The position numbers and the translations under genes were made by a program. The notes beneath the pieces were generated by a model that was given only the letters and a program-made list of their open reading frames with translations, was not told the origin of the DNA and made no database searches. DNA of 64,000 bases, taken from assembly GCA_964016885.1 (NCBI GenBank), contig OZ024741.1, positions 119,040,001 through 119,104,000 on the forward strand, read 5' to 3'. The stretch's first letter is position 1. Every line of letters begins with the position of its first letter. This DNA comes from Eledone cirrhosa (lineage: Eukaryota). Of this stretch, positions 39,480 through 54,503 are shown piece by piece.

Positions 39480-40436
39480 GTGGTTGGGTGGACCAAAGCC
39501 ATACGGACCCCCCAAAACAATGCTAAACCCATGGCCTCCAAATACCTGATACTCAAAAACTCAGCAATGTCCAGTAGTGCTAAGTTTAATATTCTGATCG
39601 CAGACTTGGTACGAGTGATGAAGAACGTGTCCCGCGTGTGCGACCCAACAGAAATGGAAAGACACATCCAACACTTCATCAACCGCATGCAGTTCTCTGG
39701 CTACAACCAAAGTGACAGAATCAGAGTATACGAAGGAGCCACGGAGAAGTATAAGATCCTCATAGAACTAGACATTAAAGGAATTTGCCCATTATACAGG
39801 AGCAAATCATGGAATAGCTTAGATAGGGCTAGACATAAGATAGGGAAAGCCACCTCATGGTACGACAACCAGAGATACCAGAGTGTCATGTTTGTGGACG
39901 CTACCCCTGGAGGGAAATTAGCTAACCAGTGTAGAAAGGCCCTGAGAAAGACCCACTTAAAGATTAAGGTGGTAGAAAAGCCAGGAACCACCATAAAATC
40001 CCTGATTAGCAAAACCTACCCTTTTAAGAAAACCCACTGTACTAATAGGAAATGTATCATATGTAAGGTAAACCCCCGGATAAACTGTAAAACTAGAAAC
40101 GTAGTCTATAGCATAAGATGTACAGAGAGTACTTGCAGAAACATGACAACAACATACATAGGCGAGATAGCTCGTAGCATAGGTGAAAGGATAGACCAAC
40201 ACTGGGGGGATCTAAAAGGACGAAAAAACGGTTCAGTACTATACGAACATGCCAGACAACAACACAACAGTTACTTAGACAACATAGAAATTAGATTAAT
40301 ATCTAAACATAGAAATGACCCAGCAGATAGGCAAATCAGAGAGGCCAGTGAAATAGAACTTAGAAGGCTAAGGCTAAATAGAAAAAACGAATGGAATAAC
40401 AACAACACCCAAACAAACAACACTGACCTAAGATAA
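39480..40436 (+). CDS. PLE RT thumb + GIY-YIG endonuclease, fused after an internal deletion at ~39521
   Basis: Near-identical to 36969-37874 from AKPMASK onward. Confidence 0.85.
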   Translation: MVGWTKAIRTPQNNAKPMASKYLILKNSAMSSSAKFNILIADLVRVMKNVSRVCDPTEMERHIQHFINRMQFSGYNQSDRIRVYEGATEKYKILIELDIKGICPLYRSKSWNSLDRARHKIGKATSWYDNQRYQSVMFVDATPGGKLANQCRKALRKTHLKIKVVEKPGTTIKSLISKTYPFKKTHCTNRKCIICKVNPRINCKTRNVVYSIRCTESTCRNMTTTYIGEIARSIGERIDQHWGDLKGRKNGSVLYEHARQQHNSYLDNIEIRLISKHRNDPADRQIREASEIELRRLRLNRKNEWNNNNTQTNNTDLR

Positions 40437-40977
40437 GTATAAATAAATAAATAAATAGATAAATAAATAAATAAATAGATAAATAAATAAATAAATAGAT
40501 AAATAAATAAATAAATACATACCCAAGCACAATAACAACAAACACATAAACACACACTGGTCAAGATAGAATACATTAACCAATACACAGCCACCCAATC
40601 ACGAACACACATCAAACAAAACACTATACACACACGCAAACGCATGCGCAAAGAAGACAAAATAAAATAAACAAATAAATAAATATATAAACAGACTAAA
40701 TAAAGATGGCGTAGAAAATACAATGCAACGGGAGGAAACAATAGCACCTCTGACGATGTTGCAGATGTGCAACGAAAGAACTTTGATAAACTATATATAT
40801 GTGTTTGTGTCTATATTGTATCTGTATTTTTGACCGTTGGTCAGTCAATGGCAACATTGAGGACCGAATAAATTAGATTACCGATATAAAGGACACAGAA
40901 GCGAAAAGCGAAAACCAACCAAACAGTGAGTGTGTTCTGTTATTAATTCTGGCAATATTACACAAATATGACCTTCC

Positions 40978-41070
<93 letters not shown>

Positions 41071-41075
<5 letters not shown>

Positions 41076-41270
41076 AGAGTCAGGACCCCGACGGCTGAGC
41101 TCCGGCTGCCTCGACAGCCAGATCCGGACTTCGTATCTAGCTGTCGAGGCGGCCGGAGCCCAGCCGTCGGGGTCCTGACTGTTTTCCAAGTACCCACTCT
41201 ACTACCCTAAGTATCGAGTACTCTGGTGCATTATGGTCCACCTGGTATCTTACCACACCTTCTTTGTAAT
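41071..41270. mobile_element. Family H fold-back variant
   Basis: Inverted arms around GGACTTCGTATC (~41130); shared tail with other family H copies. Confidence 0.75.
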
Positions 41271-41310
41271 ATATATATATATATATATATTATATATTTA
41301 TATATATACT

Positions 41311-41350
41311 CTGATGAAAGTCCAACTAGGCTTGAAAACCGGTTGAAGGA
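41311..41350 (+). ncRNA. Truncated or degenerate hammerhead
   Basis: CTGATGA-AAGTC caacta GGCTT-GAAA-ACCGGT-TG; stem I largely missing and position 17 is G. Confidence 0.5.
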
Positions 41351-43594
41351 GTTTATCAATGTTTCCATCTTACAGATATGTTCCGAGTTCAAATCCCGCC
41401 GAGGTTAACTTTGCCTTTCATCCTTACGGGGTCGATAAAATAAAGCACCGGTAACGCACCGGGGCTGATTTAATCGACTTTCCCCGCCCCCAAAATTGCT
41501 GGTCTTGTGTCATATGTCTTCGTTGTACATTGTTGTTTGTTTTGTTGTTTCCGTTTACTTTCTGCACACACACACATACACATGCAAACACTCACATACA
41601 CACTCATACGCGCGCGCACACACAGACACACACACACATATGGACGTTACAGATTCTATGTATCCCTTATTTCTGAGCAGTGGATCTTAAAGTGTTTGTA
41701 TTCGTAGCGCACATTAGGACTATTTTTAGGGGGGGGGGTGCTTTACTCAGAAAAGGCGTAGAGATACATGGATTAGTGATTAGGTGGTTCAGTTCACAAT
41801 CCTAAAGTCGTGAGATTCGCAGCTGAACGTTGTGTCCTTGAGCAAGACATTTTATTTCATGTTGCTCTAATCCATTAAGCTAGCAAAACATGAATTTTTA
41901 CACACTGAATCTCCCTGAGAATTACGTTAATATTTCACGTATCTGTTGAATACTCAGTCAATTTCCGAGCAGGCTGTCTCGAGCAACTGGAACACTCATC
42001 GTCGAAACCGATGGAGACCCAACAAATATGTCTAGCCAAGCTATTGAACATTCAATATATTATTCATATTTGTTTTAAGATAGTCAATTGATAATCGATA
42101 CAAAAGACACGCAAAACTATCAATATTATCAATAATTGTTCGGTGAATCTCCTCGCACCATGTTAAGATTCCTACATTAAATGGGGGGGGGGGGGGCAGA
42201 AAGAAAAGATAAACACATATACAGAGAGTGGTGGGAGGAGGAGATAGTAGCAGAAATGGGAAGTATGTGTATGGTATGTATGTGTTTATCTGCAAATGTA
42301 TGTGTATGTGCTTGTGTGTTCAAGTATCTGTATGTGTACACACAAGTGCTTGTGTGTGTGTGTGTGTGTGCAAGTGTATGCGTGTATGTGTATGTGGAGG
42401 GCGGGTAAGTGCATATTGATGTGTATATTTGTGTGTGTGTGTGTTCGAGTGAATGTGCTTATGTGCGTTTGTGAGTGAAAGTATATGCGTGTATGTGTGT
42501 AGCGGTAAGTGCATGTTGGTGTGTATATGCATGTGTGTTTGCGTGTGTGCAAGTGAATGTGTTTATGTGTGTGTGGTCATGGATATGTGTATATGGTGTG
42601 TATATGATTGTGTACAAGGTATGCGTGTATGTGTGTGATGGCAAGTGCATGCTGGTGTGTATATGTATGTGTGTGTGTGTGTGTGCAAGTGCCTGTATAT
42701 GTGTGTGTATGCATGTGCATGTGCATATGCGTGTACGTGTGTGCAAATGCCTGTATGTGTGTGCAAGTGTATGTGTGTATGGTAAATACATGTGTGCATG
42801 TGTGTCTACTTATGTGATGTAGTTAACCAACAAAGGCACACTAAAGCCACTTGTGTGTTATCCTCACTGTCCACAGCCAGCTATGTGATAAACTTTCCTT
42901 ATGTAATCGCATACATCTTGTCAGAGATATACCATTGCGACGCCACAAACAAATAACTTAAACGAAGGGGGTGAAAGCGTATATCTCCTCCATCATCTAC
43001 TAACGCCTGGCCATCGTGTTTTGTTCCGGTTTATGTCTGGCCACAATGGAGCTCCTACGTTTATCGCGGAAAGAACGTGTTCCAATGGTTAAACCAAAGG
43101 TTCTCAAAGTGGGAAGTGTTGAGAAGGTCCAGGGGGCGCTTTGGCCAAAGGGGGCAGTGGGGGTGGTAGAGATGATATAATAGTATATTAAATATTAAAT
43201 GATACATATTATTTATAAATATAGTAAAATATAAAAATACATAATATTTATTTATACATAGTATATATTATATTATTTATATATAAATTAACGATTTAAT
43301 TTATTATATATTGTTTACAATTTGCATGTTGGCAGGTCTCTCTGGAAATAGGGTTCGGGGCACTGAGGGTATTAGATGGTCGTGAGGGGGGCAGTCCATC
43401 TGCTGTCAACATCTGTATGGAGGATTGGAATTGTAATGACTGATGCGCAAGCATTTGTGGCGGGGAAAAGCGACGACGTTCTTGAGGAGACTGCGTGTCA
43501 AAGACGATCAACTAACCGCTCTCTTCCGGAGAACTTCCTGTCCAAGGCCGATTAATAACCCTCAGAAAACCCCGGTTTGGCAGTGATACCGAGG

Positions 43595-44312
43595 AATATT
43601 GTCCGTTCGCGGTATACAAACACAAAAGTGTCGGGCATATCCAAGATGCAGGCAGGGCAACGAAACCTTGCACGCACACGTCCAGTGCCCGAGCATTTTT
43701 GACCTGTGAGTTTATGTCGAACAATTGCTGTCATGTGTGGGACAGATCTGGCTATCAGCTGAATCCATTGTGAAGATCGCTTCGCCACTTTCATTTAACC
43801 GGGAAGAACAGGCCGTTTTTAAATGCCTGGTGACCATGGTGAACGAGATTGTATGGTTGTCACGAAAGAAGGGTCTGAAGACAAATACTTTCTTCTTTGG
43901 CGAATCCCCAATTAACTTTATCAAGTTTCACTTGAAGAGAAAAATCAGGGTTGAGCATGAAATATTGCCTTCCACACATTTTGTTGGGAAGTGGACGAGA
44001 GTAGCAAGCATGGTCCGAATGAATGAGCCTGTCCTAAGTATGCAGCTATAAATTGGAGCTGAAGAACTGAGAGTAGGTAATTGCTCTATTGATCAGGCAA
44101 ACCTAGTTTTATATGTTTTGACCATGAGTAGCCCTCGGACATCTCCTCCCTATTAGAGAATACCCATTGTTATAAATTTTACTGTTACCTCCTTTTTATT
44201 TCGTTAAACCTGTTCACACACTAAACCCATACACCAACACGCACACTCAATATTTTGTCCTGTGCCGTCGTTAATGTTTTCTTAATGTAAACCTTTGTGG
44301 TTAATAAAGAAA
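43595..44312 (+). mobile_element. Older, diverged Tx1/L1-like 3' end
   Basis: LSAESIVKIASP...EQAVFKCLVTMVNEIVW...FHLKRKIRVE; ends GTGGTTAATAAAGAAA. Confidence 0.75.
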
Positions 44313-44451
44313 TCATTATCATTATTACTAATAGTAGTCCTTTCATCCTTACGGGTCGATAGAATAAAGTACCAGTCACGCACTGGGGTCGATTTAATCG
44401 ATTTTCCCCTTCCTCAAAATTGCTGGCCTTGTGCCTATATAAGAAACCATT

Positions 44452-44477
44452 ATTACTAGTAGTAGTAGTAGTAGTAC

Positions 44478-44550
<73 letters not shown>

Positions 44551-44564
44551 GGTGGTGGTGCTGG

Positions 44565-44595
<31 letters not shown>

Positions 44596-44679
44596 GGTGA
44601 TGGGAGGAGGGTAGTAATAGTAGTAGTAGTAGTAGTAATGGTGGTGGTGATGGTGGTGGTGGTGGTGGTGGTTGTGGTG

Positions 44680-44720
<41 letters not shown>

Positions 44721-44757
44721 TGTTGTTGTTGTTGTTGTAGCGGCAGTAGCAGCAGCA
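44452..44757. repeat. Compound trinucleotide microsatellite (AGT)n(GGT)n(GTT)n
   Basis: Directly visible. Confidence 0.95.
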
Positions 44758-46274
44758 CGACCATACACATAAGATGATGTATAGTTAGTATTATTCATTA
44801 ACAAATATGTACGTATGAATGTATGTATGTATGTGTGCTTGTATCCATACATGTTTGTATGCATGCCTGAATGTATGTATGTGTGTATGTATGTACCTAC
44901 ATATATATGTATGTACCTACGTATATATACGTATGTACCTACATGTTTGCATGCATGTATATGAATGTATGTATTTACCTACATGTATATATGTATGTAA
45001 TGTATGCTATAGTATCACACAACGAAAGCTTGTGTAATTAGTTACATGTCACAGAACGTCTGTTGTATTGATTCAAGAGAGAAGAGAAGAGATGGTAGCT
45101 GCACGGTTCTCTCATCAGTCTGGTGGAGACAACGAACATTCATTTTGTTGAAACAGCCCTTAACCGGCGGCTATATGTTGGTCGTTGGGGAATATTCCAT
45201 TTTAGTGATGGAAGCACGCTTAGGGAATTTGATTGAGCTAACAACGTAAACAAGAGCAACACAACAAACACAACAACAACAACACAACCATGGTAACATC
45301 AACAGTATTAATACCACAACAACAGTGCCAGCACAATATAACATCAACACCAACATCAACAGTACGGCAACACCAACACCAACACAACAACACCAACAAC
45401 AACAACAACAACAACAATTACTACAATACCGCCACAACAACTACAAGAACAACACAATAAACACAACACAACAACAGTATTAATACCATAACAATACAGT
45501 ACCAACGCAGCAACAACAAGAACAACAGCAACAACAAAAACACCAACAATGTCAATACAATAACAGCAACAACACCAACAACAGTAACAACAACAACACA
45601 AGAACAAAATATGTCTGTTGATCTGTTTTCCTGATGTGACTTTGTGAATATAAGAATGAAAAGGAAGAGAAAAACAATGACATCATGATTGGGTTAATAC
45701 TGAAGCCGACATCAAAAGTTATGAGTTCGATCCCAGATTAAAATCGTTTTTTTTCTGTTTCTTTGGTTTTTTATGAGCCTTGATATATTAGCAGCCGTGT
45801 TGGAGCAGTAAAAGTAAAATGGAAGAAAAGCATATGGTTTCTAACCCTGGCGGCGAATTGGAGAACCAATGAGGAGTCGTGGATAGTAGATGACTCCCAC
45901 ATAGAAAATATAAAATTCCTGCAACTGGTGAATCCAGTTGTTGGAGGTGCCACACCAGAGGTTTGATTGTGCCTACATCACGGTATTTCAGTGGGCCTTG
46001 GAAATATATGTTTGGTGGTGTCCATCCCCTTTCCACCTAATAAAAATCATAAATAACTAAACATGTATCCCCCTAAAATTTAGAAAGGAGCGCCCCATTT
46101 AAAGCCCAGCGAGTTTTATACCTCATTGAGAACCTTACCATAACACTACAGTGTGGGTGGAAGGAAACTCCCTTTTTAGAATTAATAACTTTACTAATTA
46201 TTGGTCGATTTTCATAAAACATGTTTTATTTTGAACAGTATAATGGTAGAAGTACAGGATAGTGTTAACATTGT

Positions 46275-46420
46275 ACACCTGAACCGCGACGACCCAGCCA
46301 ACGTCCTGGAAATTGGACATCAACCTACTCACGGACAGTGAGTGCAAAATGAGGAGGGGCGCCATCTTGCGTGAATATGAGGTCATTGACATTGTCTTCA
46401 GTAGGAAGTTTCTTTCCCTC
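46275..46420 (-). mobile_element. Tc1/mariner (Tc3-like) transposase pseudogene fragment
   Basis: Minus strand translates DLIFTQDGAPPHFALTVRE*VDVQFPGRWLGRRGS. Confidence 0.7.
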
Positions 46421-46742
46421 CACCCTATGCTTTACAGATGCCGTTAAAAACACTCTAACATTAGTAACGATGGAAATACTAAGCAATACGTCGTAAACCG
46501 TACGGAGTTATCCCGGCCACCTCAGCCGCCCCCGCCGCCACCACCTCAGCTGCCCCGCCGCCACCGCTACCACCGCCACCCCCACCGCCGCCGCCGCCGC
46601 CGCCGCTACCGTCTTCTTTAGTAGTTACATAAGTTTATAAATCTTTTGCTGTTATATACGAATGGTGTTGTATATGCATGCCTATGTATATACATTCATA
46701 CATACATACATACATACATACATACATACATACATACATACA

Positions 46743-46774
<32 letters not shown>

Positions 46775-47180
46775 AATATATATATATATATACATAGATG
46801 CACACACACACATATATATAATATATGTAAACACATAAATATATATATTATATATATACATATATAAAAACAAGAAGTGTAAATCAACAGGTTAAAATTA
46901 ACTTCATTTATTTATATTCGCTGTTATATATATTTCAGTGATAACCATTATGCAACAACTATGACCCCCATCAGACAGCTAGAATTTGAACAGATAAAAC
47001 AGAAAAATATAACGTTGGAATAAAGCTTACTTCTGATATTTTGATATTTGCTGAAGTTTGTTGTTGTTTTCTCAAAGCACCAGTCGCATATGATTTAGAA
47101 TGAACAACTTCAAGCATCAGTAGAATTCACCGCCTTCCCACCATTGGTCAGGTTTAGTTACACCATTCCAATAACAAGCC

Positions 47181-47211
<31 letters not shown>

Positions 47212-47409
47212 CGTGCGTGTGTGTGTGTACGCGCGCATGCATATACAACACCATTCATATATAACAGCAAAAGATTTATATACTTATGTAACAACTAAAG
47301 AAGACTGTGGTAGCGATGATAACTCCGTCATATATATATATATATACATAATATTTTTTTCTCTTGGAGTTGCAAGAATTATTTATCAAATCTTTCAAAA
47401 AAAATTCTG

Positions 47410-47860
47410 TTATCTGTTATGTATAAACATGTTATGTCAACTATATTTTACAAACAGAGGTTATACAATGATGGATATATGAAAAAAAAGATAAAAACAA
47501 AAGTAATGGGGAAAAAAGGGGGACTGTATAAAGAATGGCAGATCAGGCTGTATGGGAAAGTAGAGGAAACGACTATAAATGCCATAAATGAGATGAAAAG
47601 GAGGGGAAAAGCAAGGACTGTTAGGCCACGGAAGAAAAAGAGGGGGAAGGATGAAGCTGACAAGCTCTACGCTTAGAGCGGGGTCGTGTTATGGCTGCGG
47701 CCCGCAGACAGAACTGCAAAGGCATTTCCGCGGACAATGGCCAGCGACACCCGCTACAACAGCCACCCCACCACGAGGGGCTTCTTCCTCAGACGGGCTG
47801 TTGACGTTGCGATTTTACGGAGGAGTTCGGTTGCACGGGATCCGAAGATGCCTGAGGATT
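47410..47860 (-). mobile_element. CRE-like RLE non-LTR retrotransposon 3' end
   Basis: Minus strand WLL*RVSLAIVRGNAFAVL, similar to the 59813-60330 fragment. Confidence 0.6.
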
Positions 47861-47871
47861 CGATATCTATC

Positions 47872-49128
<1,257 letters not shown>

Positions 49129-49520
49129 ACATAATTAAATAGCTCTGTACTATACATAGACCACTCTTCTTTCCTTTACCTTTTCCACGGAAATACTTAA
49201 CACACACACACGTTGTTCTGATTATTAATTATTTAATTAATTCTTCATTGAGCCACACCGTGAATGGTTGCCAAAAACATATATATATATCTATGACTCT
49301 GTCTAGTTTATATGTATATACCCTTAAATTGTATATACTCCCGTAAAGTTGAGTAAAACTTTAGGTATTATTCGGCTGCGCTTTCTAGCAACCAGCCTAC
49401 TCGCTGACAGGCACTAATCACAAACTTTCTGTCTTGACCACTGGCCACGTGTTGATTCTTAGCCGTTTTGAATTCGTTTCTGGCGGGGATCAAGTAAGAA
49501 AAATATTTCTCCAATAGAGT

Positions 49521-49606
49521 TATCTTCTGATGATTTCCAAACCTCGTTGATTTATCCAAGATCAGATATATCCAAAAATGGAATGAAAACGCCGGGGGTA
49601 GAGATA
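49521..49606 (+). ncRNA. Hammerhead with long stem II loop, stem III partly degenerate
   Basis: TATCTT-CTGATGA-T-TTCC[~41 nt]GGAA-T-GAAA-ACGCCGGGGG-TA-GAGATA. Confidence 0.7.
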
Positions 49607-49914
49607 TTTTGATGTTTTTGGTAAGGTTTGTGTACATTTTTTCTTCTAACTTTGATTTTGTACCTAATTATGTATGGATAACTATATGTCTAGTTAATTT
49701 CTACAGGTTATTAGAAATACTAGGTAAATTTTTTGTAGCTATAAGTCGCGGATAAGAAGCTATATCATTTATCTATTGTTTCTTAATAAGTATATTTTAA
49801 AATTATAGCCTCGTTTAAATGATTTTTTGTGTGGTTGATTTATGCTGATTGGGAGAAGAAATGCTGTACATATTTTATCTAATGATTCTATGGACTTACT
49901 TTATATATATATAT

Positions 49915-50037
49915 ATTGTTATGCTTTGGGAGGGTCATGTTGCCAATAATGTTGGCAACATGACCCTCCCAAAGCATAACAATATCGGTTTCAACACACG
50001 TTTTCAGATAAAGAATCTTGCTAAACAAATTCAGAAA

Positions 50038-50040
<3 letters not shown>
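49915..50040. mobile_element. Minimal fold-back of the 3' tail of the 18165-19984 PLE family
   Basis: Arms ~49915-49951 and 49957-49984, then the 56-nt tail; (TA)n flanks. Confidence 0.85.
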
Positions 50041-50404
<364 letters not shown>

Positions 50405-50420
50405 TGTATATATATATATA

Positions 50421-50602
50421 AGTTATTCCGGGTTCAATCGGGAGTACCCACAGTAAGTAAGGTACTCAATACATAGCAGAGTATAAATGTTTTAATATAG
50501 CAAAGCTTCTACAGGACTAGAACTGTTTCATTCGTGAGAAATCATCAGGAAGCTTCTTGATGATTTCTCACGAATGAAACAGTTCTAGTCCTCTAGAAGC
50601 TT

Positions 50603-50608
<6 letters not shown>
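50421..50608. mobile_element. Fold-back element (family D) with HHR at 50505-50553 (-); second copy 62611-62758 (HHR 62689-62737 -)
   Basis: GCTTC-CTGATGA-T-TTC tcac GAA-T-GAAA-CAG ttctagtc CTG-TA-GAAGC; symmetry centre AAGCTT at 50550-50555. Confidence 0.85.
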
Positions 50609-50640
<32 letters not shown>

Positions 50641-50644
<4 letters not shown>

Positions 50645-51078
50645 ATAATAAAGTATATATCCCTACACGCAAAAAGCGTATAGGGACACATGTATTCCAA
50701 CCATATGCCAATGTGGTTCAATGGCAGGTTAATAAATTAACGAGCCAGAACATATATAATCAAGGTTTAGCAAATAAGAAAAAGTTTCAAAATAAATTTC
50801 AAAAAATTTCACTGTACTTACTATAGTTACCTTTACCGAATCGGTTTCGAGTTTCAAAAATAAATGGACAGTCCTTGCGGCCTTCCATTGAAAAGATAAA
50901 CTCTCGTCAGAAGGTTCTTTTCACTCGGAGAATATAAAATTCCCGAGTTCAAATTACGAACTGGCGCTATTTATTTTTGAGACTCGAAACCGATTCGGTA
51001 AAGGTAACTATAGTAAGTACAGTGAAATTTTTTGAAATTTATTTTGAAACTTTTTCTTATTTGCTAAACCTTGATTAT
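50641..51078. mobile_element. Family E relative, fold-back, with HHR at 50829-50915 (-)
   Basis: ACCTT-CTGACGA-GAGTTT[insert]AAACTC-GAAA-CCG att CGG-TA-AAGGT; inverted arm from ~50969. Confidence 0.85.
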
Positions 51079-51761
51079 ATATATATATATATGTGTGTAT
51101 ATATATGTAATATAAAAGTAATAATAATAATTAGGGAACAAAGAATCAGTGTTGCATCATATATATGTATACACATATATATATATATTATGTGTGTTTG
51201 TGTGTATATGTGTATGTGTATGAATATATGTATGTATATATATGTATGCATATGTATGTATATATGCATATACATGTATATGTATGTGGTGTGTCTGTCT
51301 GTCTGACTGTATGTATGTATATATGTATGTATGTCTGCATGTATGTATGCATATATGTGCGTATGTATGTATACACTAAAGAGGAAACACATTAAATATG
51401 TAACAAACAATCTGAGACTGAATCACACAAGTTGTAAGATTGTGGAAAAAGATAAGAATTTTTGCGGAAACAGATGCTGTGTTTGTATAATATTTCTCAG
51501 TTTCTATCTTAATTTCACCTTTAGCCAAGTTGGTAGAGTTTCTCATCAAAATAGATTTAACTTATGTTTGGTAATCATTCCCTCGTTTTCTCTACTGTTA
51601 ACTGTCTCCTGAATTACTACTGTATCTTGTTAATTATGTGAATTAAATACAAACATGACTAAGTGTTTAAGAAATTCGCTTTGCAATCGTGTGGTCCGGA
51701 ACTCAGAGCGCAGAGATCTGGAGCATCACACACACGTATATGTATATATATTATATATACA

Positions 51762-51890
51762 GCGTGTTTCCCGTATTATAAGACATTCCCCCAACATAAG
51801 CCCAAGCTTGATTTTTATCTTGCTATCCAATATAAGCTCTACCACGAAAATAAGCCCTAGTGCCTTTTTTATGAAAAAATAATGACCTGT
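51762..51890 (+). mobile_element. Possible Tc2/pogo-type MITE end
   Basis: CGTGTTTCCCGTATTATAAGAC followed by repeated ATAAGCCC motifs. Confidence 0.35.
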
Positions 51891-51912
51891 AATATAAGGG
51901 TGTATATATATA

Positions 51913-53878
51913 TTGCGGCGATGAATTAGTTTAGCGAGGTTTTTATATGAAATCGTGTGTCGAAACAAATATTGTTATACTTGGGGAGGGTCATATTTGT
52001 GTAATATTGCCAGAATTAATAACAGAACACACTCACTGTTTGGTTGGTTTTCGCTTCTCGCTGTCTTTTATATCTGCGATCTAACTTAATCGGTCCTCAA
52101 TGTTGCCATTGACTGACCGACGGTCAAAAATAATACAGATACAATATAGACACAAACACATATATATAGTTTACATAATTTACATAAATCTTTCGTTGCA
52201 CATCTGCAACATCGTCAGTGGTGTTATATTTTTTCCTCCTGTTGTGTTGTATGTCTACGCCATTTTTTATTCAGTCTGTCTATATATTTATTTATTTATT
52301 TGCTTGTTTGTTTATTTTATTTTGTCTTCTTTGCGCATGCGTTTGCGTGTGTGTATAGTGTCATGTTTGCTGTGTGACTAGTGTGTATAGTGTTGTGTCT
52401 GCTGGGTGACTAGTGTGTGTTTATGTGCTTGTTGTTATTGTGCTTGTGTATGTATTTATTTATCTTATTTTATTTTATTTTATTTACTTATTTATACTTC
52501 TCTTAGGTCAGTGTTGTTTGTTTGGGTGTTGTTGTTGTTCCACTCATTCTTTCTGTTTAGCTTTGGTCTTCTAATTTCTATTTCACTGGCCTCTCTGATT
52601 TGCCTATCTGCTGGGTCATTCCTATGTTTAGATATTATTCTAATTTCTATGTTGTCTATGTTACCGTCATGTTGTTGTCTAGCATGTTCGTATAGTACTG
52701 ACCCGTTTTTTCGTCCTTTTAGTTCCCCCCAGTGTTGGTCTATCCTTTCACCTATGCTACGAGCTGTCTCGCCTATATATGTTGTTGTCATGTTTCTGCA
52801 AGTACCCTCTGTACATCTTATGCTATAGACTACGTTTCTAGTTTTACAGTTTATCCGGGGGTTCACCTTACATATGATACATTTCCTATTGGTACAGTGG
52901 GTTTTCTTAAAAGGGTAGGTTTTGCTGATCAGGGATTTTATGGTGGTTCCTGGCTTTTCTACCACCTTTATTTTTAAGTGGGTCTTTCTCAGGGCCTTTC
53001 TACACTGGTTAGCTAATTTCCCTCCAGGAGTGGCGTCCACAAACATGACACTCTGATATCTCTGGTTGTCGTACCATGATGTGGCCTTCCCTATCTTATG
53101 TCTAGCCCTATCTAAGCTATTCCATGATTTGCTCCTGTATAATGGGCAAATTCCTTTCATGTCCAGTTCTATGAGGGTCTTATACTTTTCCATGGCTCCT
53201 TCGTATACTCTGACTCTGTCTCTTTGGTTGTAGCCAGAGAACTGCATGCGGTTGATGAAGTGTTGGATGTGTCTTTCCATTTCTGTTGGGTCGCACATGC
53301 TGGACACATTCTTCATCATTCGTACCAAATCTGCGATCAGAATATTAAACTTAGCACTACTGGACATTGCTGAGTTTTTGAGTATCAGGTATTTGGAGGC
53401 CATGGGTTTAGCATAGTGTGATTTAGGCCATGGGTTTAGCGTAGTTGATTTAGAACGTAGCACGATGGAAAGCAGAAATGGAAAGCAGAAATGACACTAT
53501 ACACACACGCAAACGCATGCGCAAAGAAGACAAAATAAAATAAACAAACAAGCAAATAAATAAATAAATATATAGACAGACTGAATAAAAAATGGCGTAG
53601 ACATACAACACAACAGGAGGAAAAAATATAACACCACTGACGATGTTGCAGATGTGCAACGAAAGATTTATGTAAATTATGTAAACTATATATATGTGTT
53701 TGTGTCTATATTGTATCTGTATTATTTTTGACCGTCGGTCAGTCAATGGCAACATTGAGGACCGATTAAGTTAGATCGCAGATATAAAAGACAGCGAGAA
53801 GCGAAAACCAACCAAACAGTGAGTGTGTTCTGTTATTAATTCTGGCAATATTACACAAATATGACCCTCCCCAAGTAT

Positions 53879-53885
<7 letters not shown>
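51913..53885. mobile_element. Penelope-like element, inverted composite (left arm 51913-53421 minus; filler; right arm ~53490-53885 plus)
   Basis: GIY-YIG ORF 52492-53463; HHR motifs at 52182-52224 (-) and 53631-53673 (+). Confidence 0.92.
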
Positions 53886-53966
<81 letters not shown>

Positions 53967-53974
53967 ATATACAC

Positions 53975-54094
<120 letters not shown>

Positions 54095-54126
54095 ACACGG
54101 GTGTGTATGATTGTGTATAGAAGATT

Positions 54127-54503
54127 ATATTAATAAAAGGAATTCTAACTTTGTCTGATTTACTCGTTTTATTTACAATCCTTTAAAATTTATAATGGTA
54201 TTATAATGAAATAGTATGATAGAATATAAAATGTTAAGTGTTAATTGAATAAGTACTTTCATGCTTTCGCAATCTTCAGGTTCATAATGTTTGGTGACAG
54301 TCAAGTTTGCAATTTTCAAAAATTGCAAACTTGACTGTCACCACATATCATGAACCTGAAGATTGCGAAAGCATGAAAGTACTTGTTCAATTAACACTTA
54401 GAATTTAATATTCTATCATACTATTTCATTATAATACCATTATATATATTTTAAAGGATTGTAAATAAAACGAGTAAATCAGACAAAGTTGGAATTCCTT
54501 TTA

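Larger units (their letters stand above)
36421..40980. mobile_element. Penelope-like element, inverted composite: left arm 36421-37920 (minus), right arm 37921-40980 (plus, RT core deleted)
   Basis: GIY-YIG ORFs 36969-37874 (-) and 39480-40436 (+); RT N-part in 37921-39384; HHRs at 36668-36709 (-) and 40746-40787 (+); (TA)n flanks. Confidence 0.92.

Noticed and set aside
43096-43145. hAT-like terminal sequence
   Set aside because: No partner TIR or 8-bp TSD found.
44394-45607. Poly-T/P/L/H/C ORFs
   Set aside because: Trinucleotide microsatellites without recognisable domains.
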